A stretch of DNA of 64,000 bases from an uncultured Acidimicrobiia bacterium. Lineage in GTDB: Bacteria > Actinomycetota > Acidimicrobiia > IMCC26256 > JAENVU01. The stretch spans positions 870,075 to 934,074 of the forward strand of contig CAVXVA010000001.1 of assembly GCA_963765075.1 (NCBI GenBank), given 5' to 3'. Shown here piece after piece: positions 28,070 to 36,028 of the stretch. Position numbers and translations under genes: made by a program. Each line of letters opens with the position of its first letter. The first letter of the stretch is position 1. The notes below the pieces were generated by a model. The model saw nothing but the letters and a program-made list of their open reading frames with translations, ran no database searches and was not told the origin of the DNA.

Positions 28070-28957
28070 TCAGGGGGTGGCCGGCGTCACGGGCGGGTGG
28101 CCGGGACCGTCCTCGCCGGTCACGAACGGCGACCGGGCGAGACGGACCACCCCGATCAACATCGCCGCCGCGGCAAGCCCCACAATCAGGTACTGCACGA
28201 CACCGTGGGCCTTGAGCTGCTCCTCGAACAACAAGATCCCGAGGAACGACGACAAGACCGGATTGGTCACCGCGAGCGCGGGGAGCGACGCGGCGAGATG
28301 GCCCGCATTGAAGGCGCTCTGATTGAGGAGCAATCCACCCACTGCGAACCCGACGAGGGCGTACACCGGCCAGTGCATGAACAAGTCGGTGACGTCGTGG
28401 TCACTCAAGAACTCGACGACCTGCTTGGTCAGCGCCGCAGTGCAGGCGTAGAACGCACCGGTTGCGACCCCAAGACCGAGTGCCCGATTGTGCGGTCGAG
28501 CGTTCCTGGTGATGATGATCATCGACGCCGCGATTCCGATGCAGATGCCGAATGCGAGCACCCACTCGAGCGAGGTCGCAGTGTCCGAGGAACCGATCGG
28601 TTCCCCCACCCCCAGGAACACCGCGATGCCGAGCGCGACGACCGCCGCCGCGATCCATTCAGCACGCCCGGGACGGTTGGTCCGCCCGATCGCCGAAAGC
28701 GGCAACGCAAAGAGCAACCCGCTCACCATCAAGGTTTGCACCAACACGATCGACCCGACGGCCAGCGCGGCCGCTTCCAGGACATAGGCCCCAACATCGA
28801 GGCCGATGCCCAACAACCAGATCGGCCGCTTGGCGAGTTCGAGCAGGAGGCCGGGTCGCAACGACAGATTCGATGGTGCGTCGGCCGCGACCCGGTGTTG
28901 TATCACCGATGCCACGGCGTAACAGAGGCCGGCACTCAATGCGAAGATGAAAGCCAT
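28070..28957 (-). CDS. DMT/EamA-like integral membrane protein
   Basis: 295 aa with about 10 TM helices starting MAFIFALSAGLCYAVASVIQ. ATG 28957 lies 2 nt after the stop of the upstream gene. Confidence 0.7.
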   Translation of the reverse strand: MAFIFALSAGLCYAVASVIQHRVAADAPSNLSLRPGLLLELAKRPIWLLGIGLDVGAYVLEAAALAVGSIVLVQTLMVSGLLFALPLSAIGRTNRPGRAEWIAAAVVALGIAVFLGVGEPIGSSDTATSLEWVLAFGICIGIAASMIIITRNARPHNRALGLGVATGAFYACTAALTKQVVEFLSDHDVTDLFMHWPVYALVGFAVGGLLLNQSAFNAGHLAASLPALAVTNPVLSSFLGILLFEEQLKAHGVVQYLIVGLAAAAMLIGVVRLARSPFVTGEDGPGHPPVTPATP

Positions 28958-28959
28958 CG

Positions 28960-29715
28960 CTACGCCGCGACCGCCAGTCGGTCGGGAATGCCGTGCTCGC
29001 CCACCGGCCCGACTCGAAGCGACCGAGCATCCAGTTCGGCGGCGAGCCGCGGGAGCGCGGCGAGCGCCGCCTGCCAACTGTCCGGAGACGACGTGCAGTC
29101 GGAGTCGTGCAGGAGCACGGTCCCGCCGTCGACGTAGCCGTGCAAGACGTCGGCCACGACCGAATCCGGTGTCGCGTCCGGCCGCCAGTCCCGGCCCCAC
29201 GCGGTCCACAGCACCGTGCGCAATCCGGCGCGGCGGGCGCCTCGCAGGCCACCGAGCGACAGCGTGCCGTAGGGAGGCCGGAACCACTCAGGTGCGACAC
29301 CGGTTGCATCATGAATCGCCGCGCGGGCCCGTTCGAAGTCGTCGGTCACCGACCGGGACGTGAGCCGTATCTGGGACCGATGCCGATCACCGTGGATCCC
29401 GATCTCGTGGCCGGCGCCGGCTACTTCCGCGGCGAGCCCCGGCGCGCGACGGACCATATCGCCGAGCATGAAGAACGTCGCACGCCATCCGAGCGAGTCG
29501 AGCGCGGACAAAAACTCCGGTGTCGATGCCGGGTCCGGGCCATCGTCGAACGTCAACGCGACGTGACCGCGAGCACCGACACCCGCCAGACTCGGCGAGA
29601 GGAACCGACCGACCGACGAGAGCGCGATCAACGACGGTGCGGAGTGCACCGCAAGCCCGGCCGCACCCGCGGCGCCCACGCCCGCCGCGACGATCACGGC
29701 CGGTCGCGCGTTCAT
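28960..29715 (-). CDS. Polysaccharide deacetylase (NodB homology domain) family protein
   Basis: VALTFDDGPDP, HEIGIHGDRH and FRPPYG motifs are present with an N-terminal TM/signal segment. The start overlaps the upstream stop (29712-29715). Confidence 0.85.
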   Translation of the reverse strand: MNARPAVIVAAGVGAAGAAGLAVHSAPSLIALSSVGRFLSPSLAGVGARGHVALTFDDGPDPASTPEFLSALDSLGWRATFFMLGDMVRRAPGLAAEVAGAGHEIGIHGDRHRSQIRLTSRSVTDDFERARAAIHDATGVAPEWFRPPYGTLSLGGLRGARRAGLRTVLWTAWGRDWRPDATPDSVVADVLHGYVDGGTVLLHDSDCTSSPDSWQAALAALPRLAAELDARSLRVGPVGEHGIPDRLAVAA

Positions 29716-31493
29716 CGCAACGCCGACAACGGCGCGGACCTGATCGATGCCCGCGTCAACAACACTTCGAGGTCGACCAGCGCGACTCTCAGCGACTCCG
29801 GATCGCTCCCTCGACCATCCAGGACGTACACCCGCCGGTCCTGCAACGCGTCGGGCATCGCCGCGGGCCGGATGACGTGATCGGCGCGTACCAGCCGTTG
29901 GCCGTGGCGCCGAGCGTAGATCTGATCGAACGCGTCGAACCGCCGGTCGGGAACGAACTCCAGGACCCTGGCCCCGTCAATGGTCTTGGTAATGGCGTCG
30001 GCGGACTTGACGACGTCGGCCTCGGCCCTCAGGGGCCGGAAGGCTCGGCCTTCGCCCCATCCGCCATTGCCGAGGTCGACATCTCGGTCCACGAGCGCTT
30101 GAATCGCCGCGGATCCGGTTGCCTCGACGGTGCGGCCGTCGATGATCGCGGTGGCGTTGAGGCGATCGACGGCAGCCCGGATCGACGGTTGGTTCAACTC
30201 GGCGGCCGTAAGTCGTACCCCGACGAACACCTCGTCGTGAGCATGGCGCGGCGGTGCGGCGACGCCGACGCCGAAGGCCGCGACGGCTTGTGCGCCCAGG
30301 GTCAACACTCCGTACAGCGTGAGCATCACGACTGCGGTCCGGCGCGCCCGACGCGCCAGCCGCGGCATCTCGATTGGGGTCGACGTCCCTTCGGCCGAAC
30401 GGCGTTGGGCTTCGACCACGACGTCGTCCGCGGGATCCGAGGCAAACAATCCGAAGGCTCGCGCGATCTGTTCCTGGCGCTCGATACCCGGCCGACTCAA
30501 AAGGTCCAACGACTCCCGCAGTTCGTCGGCGTTGCGCGCGTAGCGAGTCACGCCGATCGAGGCCATGCCTTCAGCGTTGTCCTTGCCGTGGCCCGCAATC
30601 GGGAAGTACGTGACCACCGGGAGGCCGGCTGCGAACGCTTCGTTGGCCGTGAGCCCGCCGGCGTTCTCGACCATGACGTCGCACGCGGCCATGAGCGACG
30701 GCATGTCGTCGGTCCAGCCGAGGATCGTTCCTCGGCCATGAGCTACGAGTTCCGCGCTCAGTTTGGCATCCCGACCGCACACCACCACCGGGTGGAAATC
30801 GCCGGCCGCACAGATCGCGTCGTAGGTACCGGACACGTCGCCGACGCCCCACGAGCCGGCGACCACGAGCACCGCGCGTTCGGTCTCTTCGATCCCCAAT
30901 GCGGCACGGGTCGAGATCCGGGTCCCGGCTCCGTCGTCGGCCGTCCGAAACCGATCGGCAACGAGCGGACCCGGCGCCCGGGCGTCTTCACCCCCGCGGG
31001 TCCTCGCCGTCGCGGCCGCGAACTCGCTGGTCGCGAGATGAACGTCGACATGGGGATGCACCCACAACGGGTGCACGGCGAAGTCGGTCAGGTACGTGAT
31101 CACCGGGACCCGCAGCCACCGCTTCTTGCGCATGTTGCCGAGCACGAGCGACGAGAGTGGGTACGTGGATACCACGACGTCGGCGTCGGCATCGGCGACG
31201 GCTTCCCGAATCCGCTTCCCGGCGATGAAGGTGTCGAGCCGAACGATGAAGCTCCACGTGGACGGCATCCGGTACCAGAGCCGGTAGGTCAGCTCGTAGC
31301 TCCACGGCGCCACTCGCAACTGCACCATGTAGCTCCACTTGATGAACCAGCCGATGCCCAACGGGCAGCAGTCCAGGAAGTCGACCACCGAGACGGTGTG
31401 GCCGGCCAGCTCGAGCCGGCGCCGGAGTTCGTGCGCAGCACCGTCGTGCCCTGCGCCCATCGACGCCGAGATGATCAGGATCCGCCGGCCCAT
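29712..31493 (-). CDS. GT28/MGDG-synthase-like glycosyltransferase fused to a TM segment and a ~200-aa C-terminal domain
   Basis: The N-terminus is RILIISASMGAGHDGAAHEL and the GT-B C-lobe is ...VMVENAGGLTANEAFAAGLPVV.... A TM helix (TAVVMLTLYGVLTLGAQAVAAFGV) follows, then an extra domain. Confidence 0.8.
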   Translation of the reverse strand: MGRRILIISASMGAGHDGAAHELRRRLELAGHTVSVVDFLDCCPLGIGWFIKWSYMVQLRVAPWSYELTYRLWYRMPSTWSFIVRLDTFIAGKRIREAVADADADVVVSTYPLSSLVLGNMRKKRWLRVPVITYLTDFAVHPLWVHPHVDVHLATSEFAAATARTRGGEDARAPGPLVADRFRTADDGAGTRISTRAALGIEETERAVLVVAGSWGVGDVSGTYDAICAAGDFHPVVVCGRDAKLSAELVAHGRGTILGWTDDMPSLMAACDVMVENAGGLTANEAFAAGLPVVTYFPIAGHGKDNAEGMASIGVTRYARNADELRESLDLLSRPGIERQEQIARAFGLFASDPADDVVVEAQRRSAEGTSTPIEMPRLARRARRTAVVMLTLYGVLTLGAQAVAAFGVGVAAPPRHAHDEVFVGVRLTAAELNQPSIRAAVDRLNATAIIDGRTVEATGSAAIQALVDRDVDLGNGGWGEGRAFRPLRAEADVVKSADAITKTIDGARVLEFVPDRRFDAFDQIYARRHGQRLVRADHVIRPAAMPDALQDRRVYVLDGRGSDPESLRVALVDLEVLLTRASIRSAPLSALR

Positions 31494-31579
31494 ACGGGGC
31501 GGAGCGTACCGCCGACTCTGACGCTCAGGACGGTTTTGTGGACCTGGTCAGGACCGCGACACTCCCCGCCCGGAATCGC

Positions 31580-32596
31580 TCACCAGCCGACGATGACCCC
31601 GATGATCATGCCCAAGATGAGCAACCCGCCCGCCCGGCGGGTCACGAGGAACGAATGGGGCGCAAACCACAGTGGCCACACCGGGTTCGGCACCGGCGAT
31701 TCGGCGGGTTTGGGCGCGCCGTAGACCTTCCAGACCTGCACCATCAGCGGCATCGACGCGAACACGAGCACGGTCGCGACGGGAAGGATCCGGGCGATCG
31801 CGAGCCCCACGACCAGCGCGTAGAAGGCCACGAACATCCCGCGGGTGACCTGGCGCGCCGGGCCGTCGCCGAGGATCACCGGCAACGTGTGGGTGCCGGC
31901 CGGACCGTCCCACGGCGCCTTGTCGATGTGCTTGCCCATCAGGACCGTCGTGCACAAGATCGCGTACGGCAGGGAGGCAAGCAGCACCACGGCCGGGATC
32001 GATCCCGTGGCGGCGTAGTAGACGCCACCCACCATGAGCGGTCCCCACACGATCACCACCGTGGGCTCGCCCAGGCCGTGCTTCTTCAGCCGCAGCGGGG
32101 GTGCCGTGTAGGCCGCCGACAGGAAGAAACCACCGAGGGCAAACCCCAGGATCGCCGGACCGCGTTCCGCAGTGAGAAAGATCATCACTGCAAGACACAT
32201 CAGGTTGACGACCAACCCGTAGACCGCGAGCCGGGTGCGGGTCACCACCCCCGAGATCACCGGATGCGGCGAGTAGAGGTTGCGGGGGTAGTCCTTGGTG
32301 TCGGTCCCGACCTCCAGATCGAACAGGTCGTTCATGATGTTGTTCGCCATGTGGGAGAGCACGAGACCCACCGCGGCGACGGTGAAGAGCCCCCAGTCGA
32401 CATCGGCATCACGGAAGGCGGCGAGCAAGCCGCCGAGACCCGCGGCGACCAGCGTCATCGGCAACACGCCGGCCCGGGTGAGCCACAGCCACTTCGACAC
32501 CGGGTCGAGCGTGCCCTTCGGCGGGTTGGTCGTGGCCAGGACGTACAACCACTTCTTCGGCAAGCTCTCGCGCTCACCCACCACGGCGTCAGTCAT
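31580..32596 (-). CDS. UbiA family prenyltransferase
   Basis: 338 aa, polytopic, with the Asp-rich motif NNIMNDLFDLEVGTD. Confidence 0.8.
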   Translation of the reverse strand: MTDAVVGERESLPKKWLYVLATTNPPKGTLDPVSKWLWLTRAGVLPMTLVAAGLGGLLAAFRDADVDWGLFTVAAVGLVLSHMANNIMNDLFDLEVGTDTKDYPRNLYSPHPVISGVVTRTRLAVYGLVVNLMCLAVMIFLTAERGPAILGFALGGFFLSAAYTAPPLRLKKHGLGEPTVVIVWGPLMVGGVYYAATGSIPAVVLLASLPYAILCTTVLMGKHIDKAPWDGPAGTHTLPVILGDGPARQVTRGMFVAFYALVVGLAIARILPVATVLVFASMPLMVQVWKVYGAPKPAESPVPNPVWPLWFAPHSFLVTRRAGGLLILGMIIGVIVGW

Positions 32597-32603
32597 ACCG
32601 CCG

Positions 32604-32609
32604 AGGCTA
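32604..32609 (-). promoter_or_regulatory. -10-like hexamer TAGCCT, 7 nt upstream of the UbiA-family ATG (leaderless geometry)
   Basis: The minus-strand TAGCCT is followed by a 7-nt spacer and ATG at 32596. Confidence 0.3.
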
Positions 32610-32667
32610 CCGCCGCGTCACCGACCCGTCATCTCCCTGCACGTCACCGCGTGAGAGGCTCCCCCTT

Positions 32668-33606
32668 GTGCATCGGCGCAGGGTCTTGGCGATCATGGTG
32701 TCGGTCGCGCTGGTCGCGGCGTGCGAGAGCGACACGGATTCCGGTCCCGCAACCCCAGCACGATCGCTGATCCGGTTCGACCCGATCGGCAGGGAGTCGG
32801 CCCCTCGGCGACCACTCGCCCCCGAGAAGTTGCCGGCAGGTTGGTCGATAGCCGGGGGTCATCTGAGTGAGGGCACAGCACCGCGCATTTCGGCGACGAA
32901 CAGCCTCTTCATGCCGGTGACCTCCACGGCCGATGCCGGTCCCGCATTGGTTGCGGGATACGTGAACGACGACGAAGCTCCGCCATATTTCTGTGCGATG
33001 AGGCGGGCAAACCCACACGGACCCTTGGCGTTTCCCGGGACGCTCGGGCACCCGGACATCCTCCGTTGGGGACAAGATTTGACTGCACTGCCCGTCGCAC
33101 ACACCACCAGTTCGACAGTCGGTTCCGCCAACGAAGTCTTCGTCCTGGGACGCGAGGTGTCCGATGCAGAACTTCGAAAGGCGGCAACATCCGTCCAGTG
33201 GAGCGATCGAGGTGACAACCCCCCGACACTCACCCTGCCGCCTGGCTTCCGACTGCGGGCAACCACCAACCTCGCCGCCCAGGAGCACCCGTTCGGAGCC
33301 AGCCTCGCACTCGAACGAGGCGCGTCCTCCGTGGGTATCAGCCAAGAGGATGCCAACGCTTCGGCGCGGTTCTTCGTGCGCTTCTGGTCAGCCGTCACCA
33401 AGGGTCAAAAGTGCCGGGAGTTCCGGTCCCAGCACACGAGGATCCGTGGTCAGACGATCGTGCGACTCTTCGACGATGACTCCGCGGCGAGCCGAGCCGC
33501 GGTCTCGAAGTTGTCACGCTCGCTCCGACGCGGCTCCGCCAATGCCTACTGCGCTGTTCTCCCCGACGCTCGCGCCGAGCTGGCCGAGCGATGCACCACC
33601 TGGTGA
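32668..33606 (+). CDS. Hypothetical lipoprotein
   Basis: The GTG start is followed by a signal peptide with the lipobox ...VALVAAC. No family was recognised, and GC is somewhat lower than in neighbouring genes. Confidence 0.55.
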   Translation: MHRRRVLAIMVSVALVAACESDTDSGPATPARSLIRFDPIGRESAPRRPLAPEKLPAGWSIAGGHLSEGTAPRISATNSLFMPVTSTADAGPALVAGYVNDDEAPPYFCAMRRANPHGPLAFPGTLGHPDILRWGQDLTALPVAHTTSSTVGSANEVFVLGREVSDAELRKAATSVQWSDRGDNPPTLTLPPGFRLRATTNLAAQEHPFGASLALERGASSVGISQEDANASARFFVRFWSAVTKGQKCREFRSQHTRIRGQTIVRLFDDDSAASRAAVSKLSRSLRRGSANAYCAVLPDARAELAERCTTW

Positions 33607-33619
33607 CCCGTCGCCGCAC

Positions 33620-34177
33620 TCAGCCGCCGTAGTTCATACGGGTGTCACTCATACCCAGGACCGGCGTGTCCTCGTCCTTGAGGAAATGGCAGTCGACGAC
33701 CTCGCCGGCGAAGAAGGTGTGGTTGCCGATCTCCATGCGGTCACGGAGTTCGCAGTCGAGGAACGCGACCGACTGCGTCAACACGGGCGCGCCGGTCGTG
33801 TGCTCCTCGTACGCGAACCCGTTGAGGGTCTTCGCATCCAGATCGACGTCGACCGGTTTGGTGAACTTGCGCACGATCGCGCGGTCTTCCTGATCGATGA
33901 GACACACACTGAAGACCTGGCCCGCCTCGATGAGTTCGTGCGTGAAGGCGTCGCGTTCGATGCCGACACCGACCCACTTCGGATCGAAGCTCAGTTGGGT
34001 GACCCAGTTCGTGGTCATGCCGTTGCGGCGGTCGCCCCTGTCGGTGCTCCCGACCACGTAGAGACCCGACGGCATCTTCCACAGCACCCGCCGCCGCAAC
34101 TTGTCGTACTCGATCTGATCGTCAGCAGAACTCACCCGCGCGGGGTAGGGCCCGACCGGCCCGTCTTTGGTTGCCAT
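33620..34177 (-). CDS. Flavin reductase family protein
   Basis: ...LWKMPSGLYVVGS...NGMTTNWVTQLSFDPKWVGVGI... is present. ATG 34177 was chosen inside the longer ORF. Confidence 0.85.
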   Translation of the reverse strand: MATKDGPVGPYPARVSSADDQIEYDKLRRRVLWKMPSGLYVVGSTDRGDRRNGMTTNWVTQLSFDPKWVGVGIERDAFTHELIEAGQVFSVCLIDQEDRAIVRKFTKPVDVDLDAKTLNGFAYEEHTTGAPVLTQSVAFLDCELRDRMEIGNHTFFAGEVVDCHFLKDEDTPVLGMSDTRMNYGG

Positions 34178-34183
34178 CGCCTC

Positions 34184-34189
34184 AGGGTA
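34184..34189 (-). promoter_or_regulatory. -10-like hexamer TACCCT, 6 nt upstream of the flavin reductase ATG (leaderless geometry)
   Basis: The minus-strand TACCCT is followed by a 6-nt spacer and ATG at 34177. Confidence 0.3.
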
Positions 34190-34302
34190 GGCACACCGCA
34201 GATCGGTCGAGGATGCGCTCGACGAGTTTCGGTGCAACGATCGGGTCGACCCCGAGACAACACCCTCATCTGATCGACGGGCAGGATCGAGGAGGCACAG
34301 CC

Positions 34303-35913
34303 ATGGACATGGTGAAGATCGCAACCTGGAGCGAGATTCCCGACCGCGAACCCATCGGCGTCACCGTCGAAGGCATCGACCTGGTGATCGTCCGCCAGGA
34401 CGATGAGCACTCCGTGCTCTACGGCCGGTGCCTCCACCGGGGCGCGCTCCTCGCCGACGGCCACATCGAGGGTGAGGACCTCATCTGTGGTGTCCACGGC
34501 TGGGACTACCGCATCGAGTCCGGCGTCAGCGCCTACAACAACGCCGAGGCGCTCGAGAAGTTCACCAGCGCGGTCGAAGGCGACGACCTCTTCGTGAACC
34601 GCACCGAGGTGTTGCAGTTCGCGATGCGTCACCCGCAGCCGTACACGCCCGACGTGTACCAGGGCTACTACCAAGACCCACACATGGTGCCGGAAGAACC
34701 GTTCGTCGCCTACATCCACGAGCTCGCGGGCAACGGTCTCACCAAGACCGGCCACCACGGTCCGCTCGGGGCGATGGGCGTGCCGCGCGACGAGCTACCG
34801 AAGTGGGACCACATCCAGTTCGTGACCGCGCAGCTCGCGCGGCTCCCTCACCTCGACGACGAGCCCGTCGGCACCGAGGTCTGCATCGGCCCGAATGCCG
34901 ACAAGCCGCTGTGGCTCGACATCCCGCTGTTCGTGTCGGACATGAGCTTCGGCGCGCTCTCCGAAGAAGCGAAGACCGCGTTGGCCCGCGGTGCCGAGCT
35001 CGCGGGCACCGGCATCTGTTCCGGCGAGGGCGGGATGCTGCCCGAAGAGCAAGCTGCGAACAGTCGGTACTTCTACGAGCTCGCCTCGGCCCGGTTCGGC
35101 TGGAACTGGGACGCGCTGAAGAAGGTGCAGGCATTCCACTTCAAGGGCGGCCAGGGCGCGAAGACCGGGACGGGCGGCCATCTTCCGGGCGACAAGGTGG
35201 TCGGCAAGATCGCCGAGGTGCGGGGCCTCCCCGAAGGCACCGCCGCCATCTCACCCGCGACGTTCCCGGACTGGCATTCGGTCGACGACTTCCGGCGGTT
35301 CGCCGACGATGTGCGCGAACAGTCGGGTGGGATCCCGATCGGGTTCAAACTCTCGGCCCAACACATCGAGGAAGACCTCGACGCAGCCCTCGCCATCGGC
35401 GTCGACTACGTCATCCTCGACGGTCGCGGCGGCGGGACCGGCGCGGCGCCGCTGTTGTTCCGGGACAACATCTCGGTGCCGACCATCCCCGCCCTGGCCC
35501 GCGCCCGTCGCCATCTCGACCGGCGGAACCGTCGCGACATCACGTTGGTCGCGACCGGCGGGCTGCGCCACGCGCCCGATTTCGCCAAGGCCCTCGCCCT
35601 CGGTGCCGACGCCGTGGCCGTCGCCAACTCGGCGATCCAAGCCATCGGCTGTCTCGGGATGCGCGCCTGCAACACCAACAACTGCCCCGTCGGAATCGCG
35701 ACCCAGAAGCCGCATCTGCGCGCCCGGCTCCCGGTCGACGAGGCCGCCGAACGACTCAACCGGTTCCTTCGGGCGACCGTGGAGCTGATGCAGATCCTCG
35801 CTCGTGCCTGTGGCCACACTCATCTGCGCGAGTTCTCGGCCGACGACCTCACCACGTTCGACCGTGAGATGGCCCACCTCACCGGCATCGCCTACGGCGG
35901 GGTAATGCTGTGA
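34303..35913 (+). CDS. Rieske [2Fe-2S] domain fused to a glutamate-synthase domain-2-like FMN/Fe-S oxidoreductase
   Basis: The N-terminus is CLHRGALL...CGVHGWDY. GltB-FMN-domain motifs follow: GGQGAKTGTGGHLPG, VILDGRGGGTGAAP and CLGMRACNTNNCPVGIATQ. GAGGAGG lies 9 nt before the ATG. Confidence 0.85.
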   Translation: MDMVKIATWSEIPDREPIGVTVEGIDLVIVRQDDEHSVLYGRCLHRGALLADGHIEGEDLICGVHGWDYRIESGVSAYNNAEALEKFTSAVEGDDLFVNRTEVLQFAMRHPQPYTPDVYQGYYQDPHMVPEEPFVAYIHELAGNGLTKTGHHGPLGAMGVPRDELPKWDHIQFVTAQLARLPHLDDEPVGTEVCIGPNADKPLWLDIPLFVSDMSFGALSEEAKTALARGAELAGTGICSGEGGMLPEEQAANSRYFYELASARFGWNWDALKKVQAFHFKGGQGAKTGTGGHLPGDKVVGKIAEVRGLPEGTAAISPATFPDWHSVDDFRRFADDVREQSGGIPIGFKLSAQHIEEDLDAALAIGVDYVILDGRGGGTGAAPLLFRDNISVPTIPALARARRHLDRRNRRDITLVATGGLRHAPDFAKALALGADAVAVANSAIQAIGCLGMRACNTNNCPVGIATQKPHLRARLPVDEAAERLNRFLRATVELMQILARACGHTHLREFSADDLTTFDREMAHLTGIAYGGVML

Positions 35914-36028
35914 AAGACACCACTTGCCGGTCGCTCCGCTCGCACTCCGTCCCGTTGTCGAGGCCGGGGCTCGCTGCGCGACTGCTCGCCTCTTCTCGTT
36001 CCTCGCTCCGGCTCGGAGGTCGTCGACC

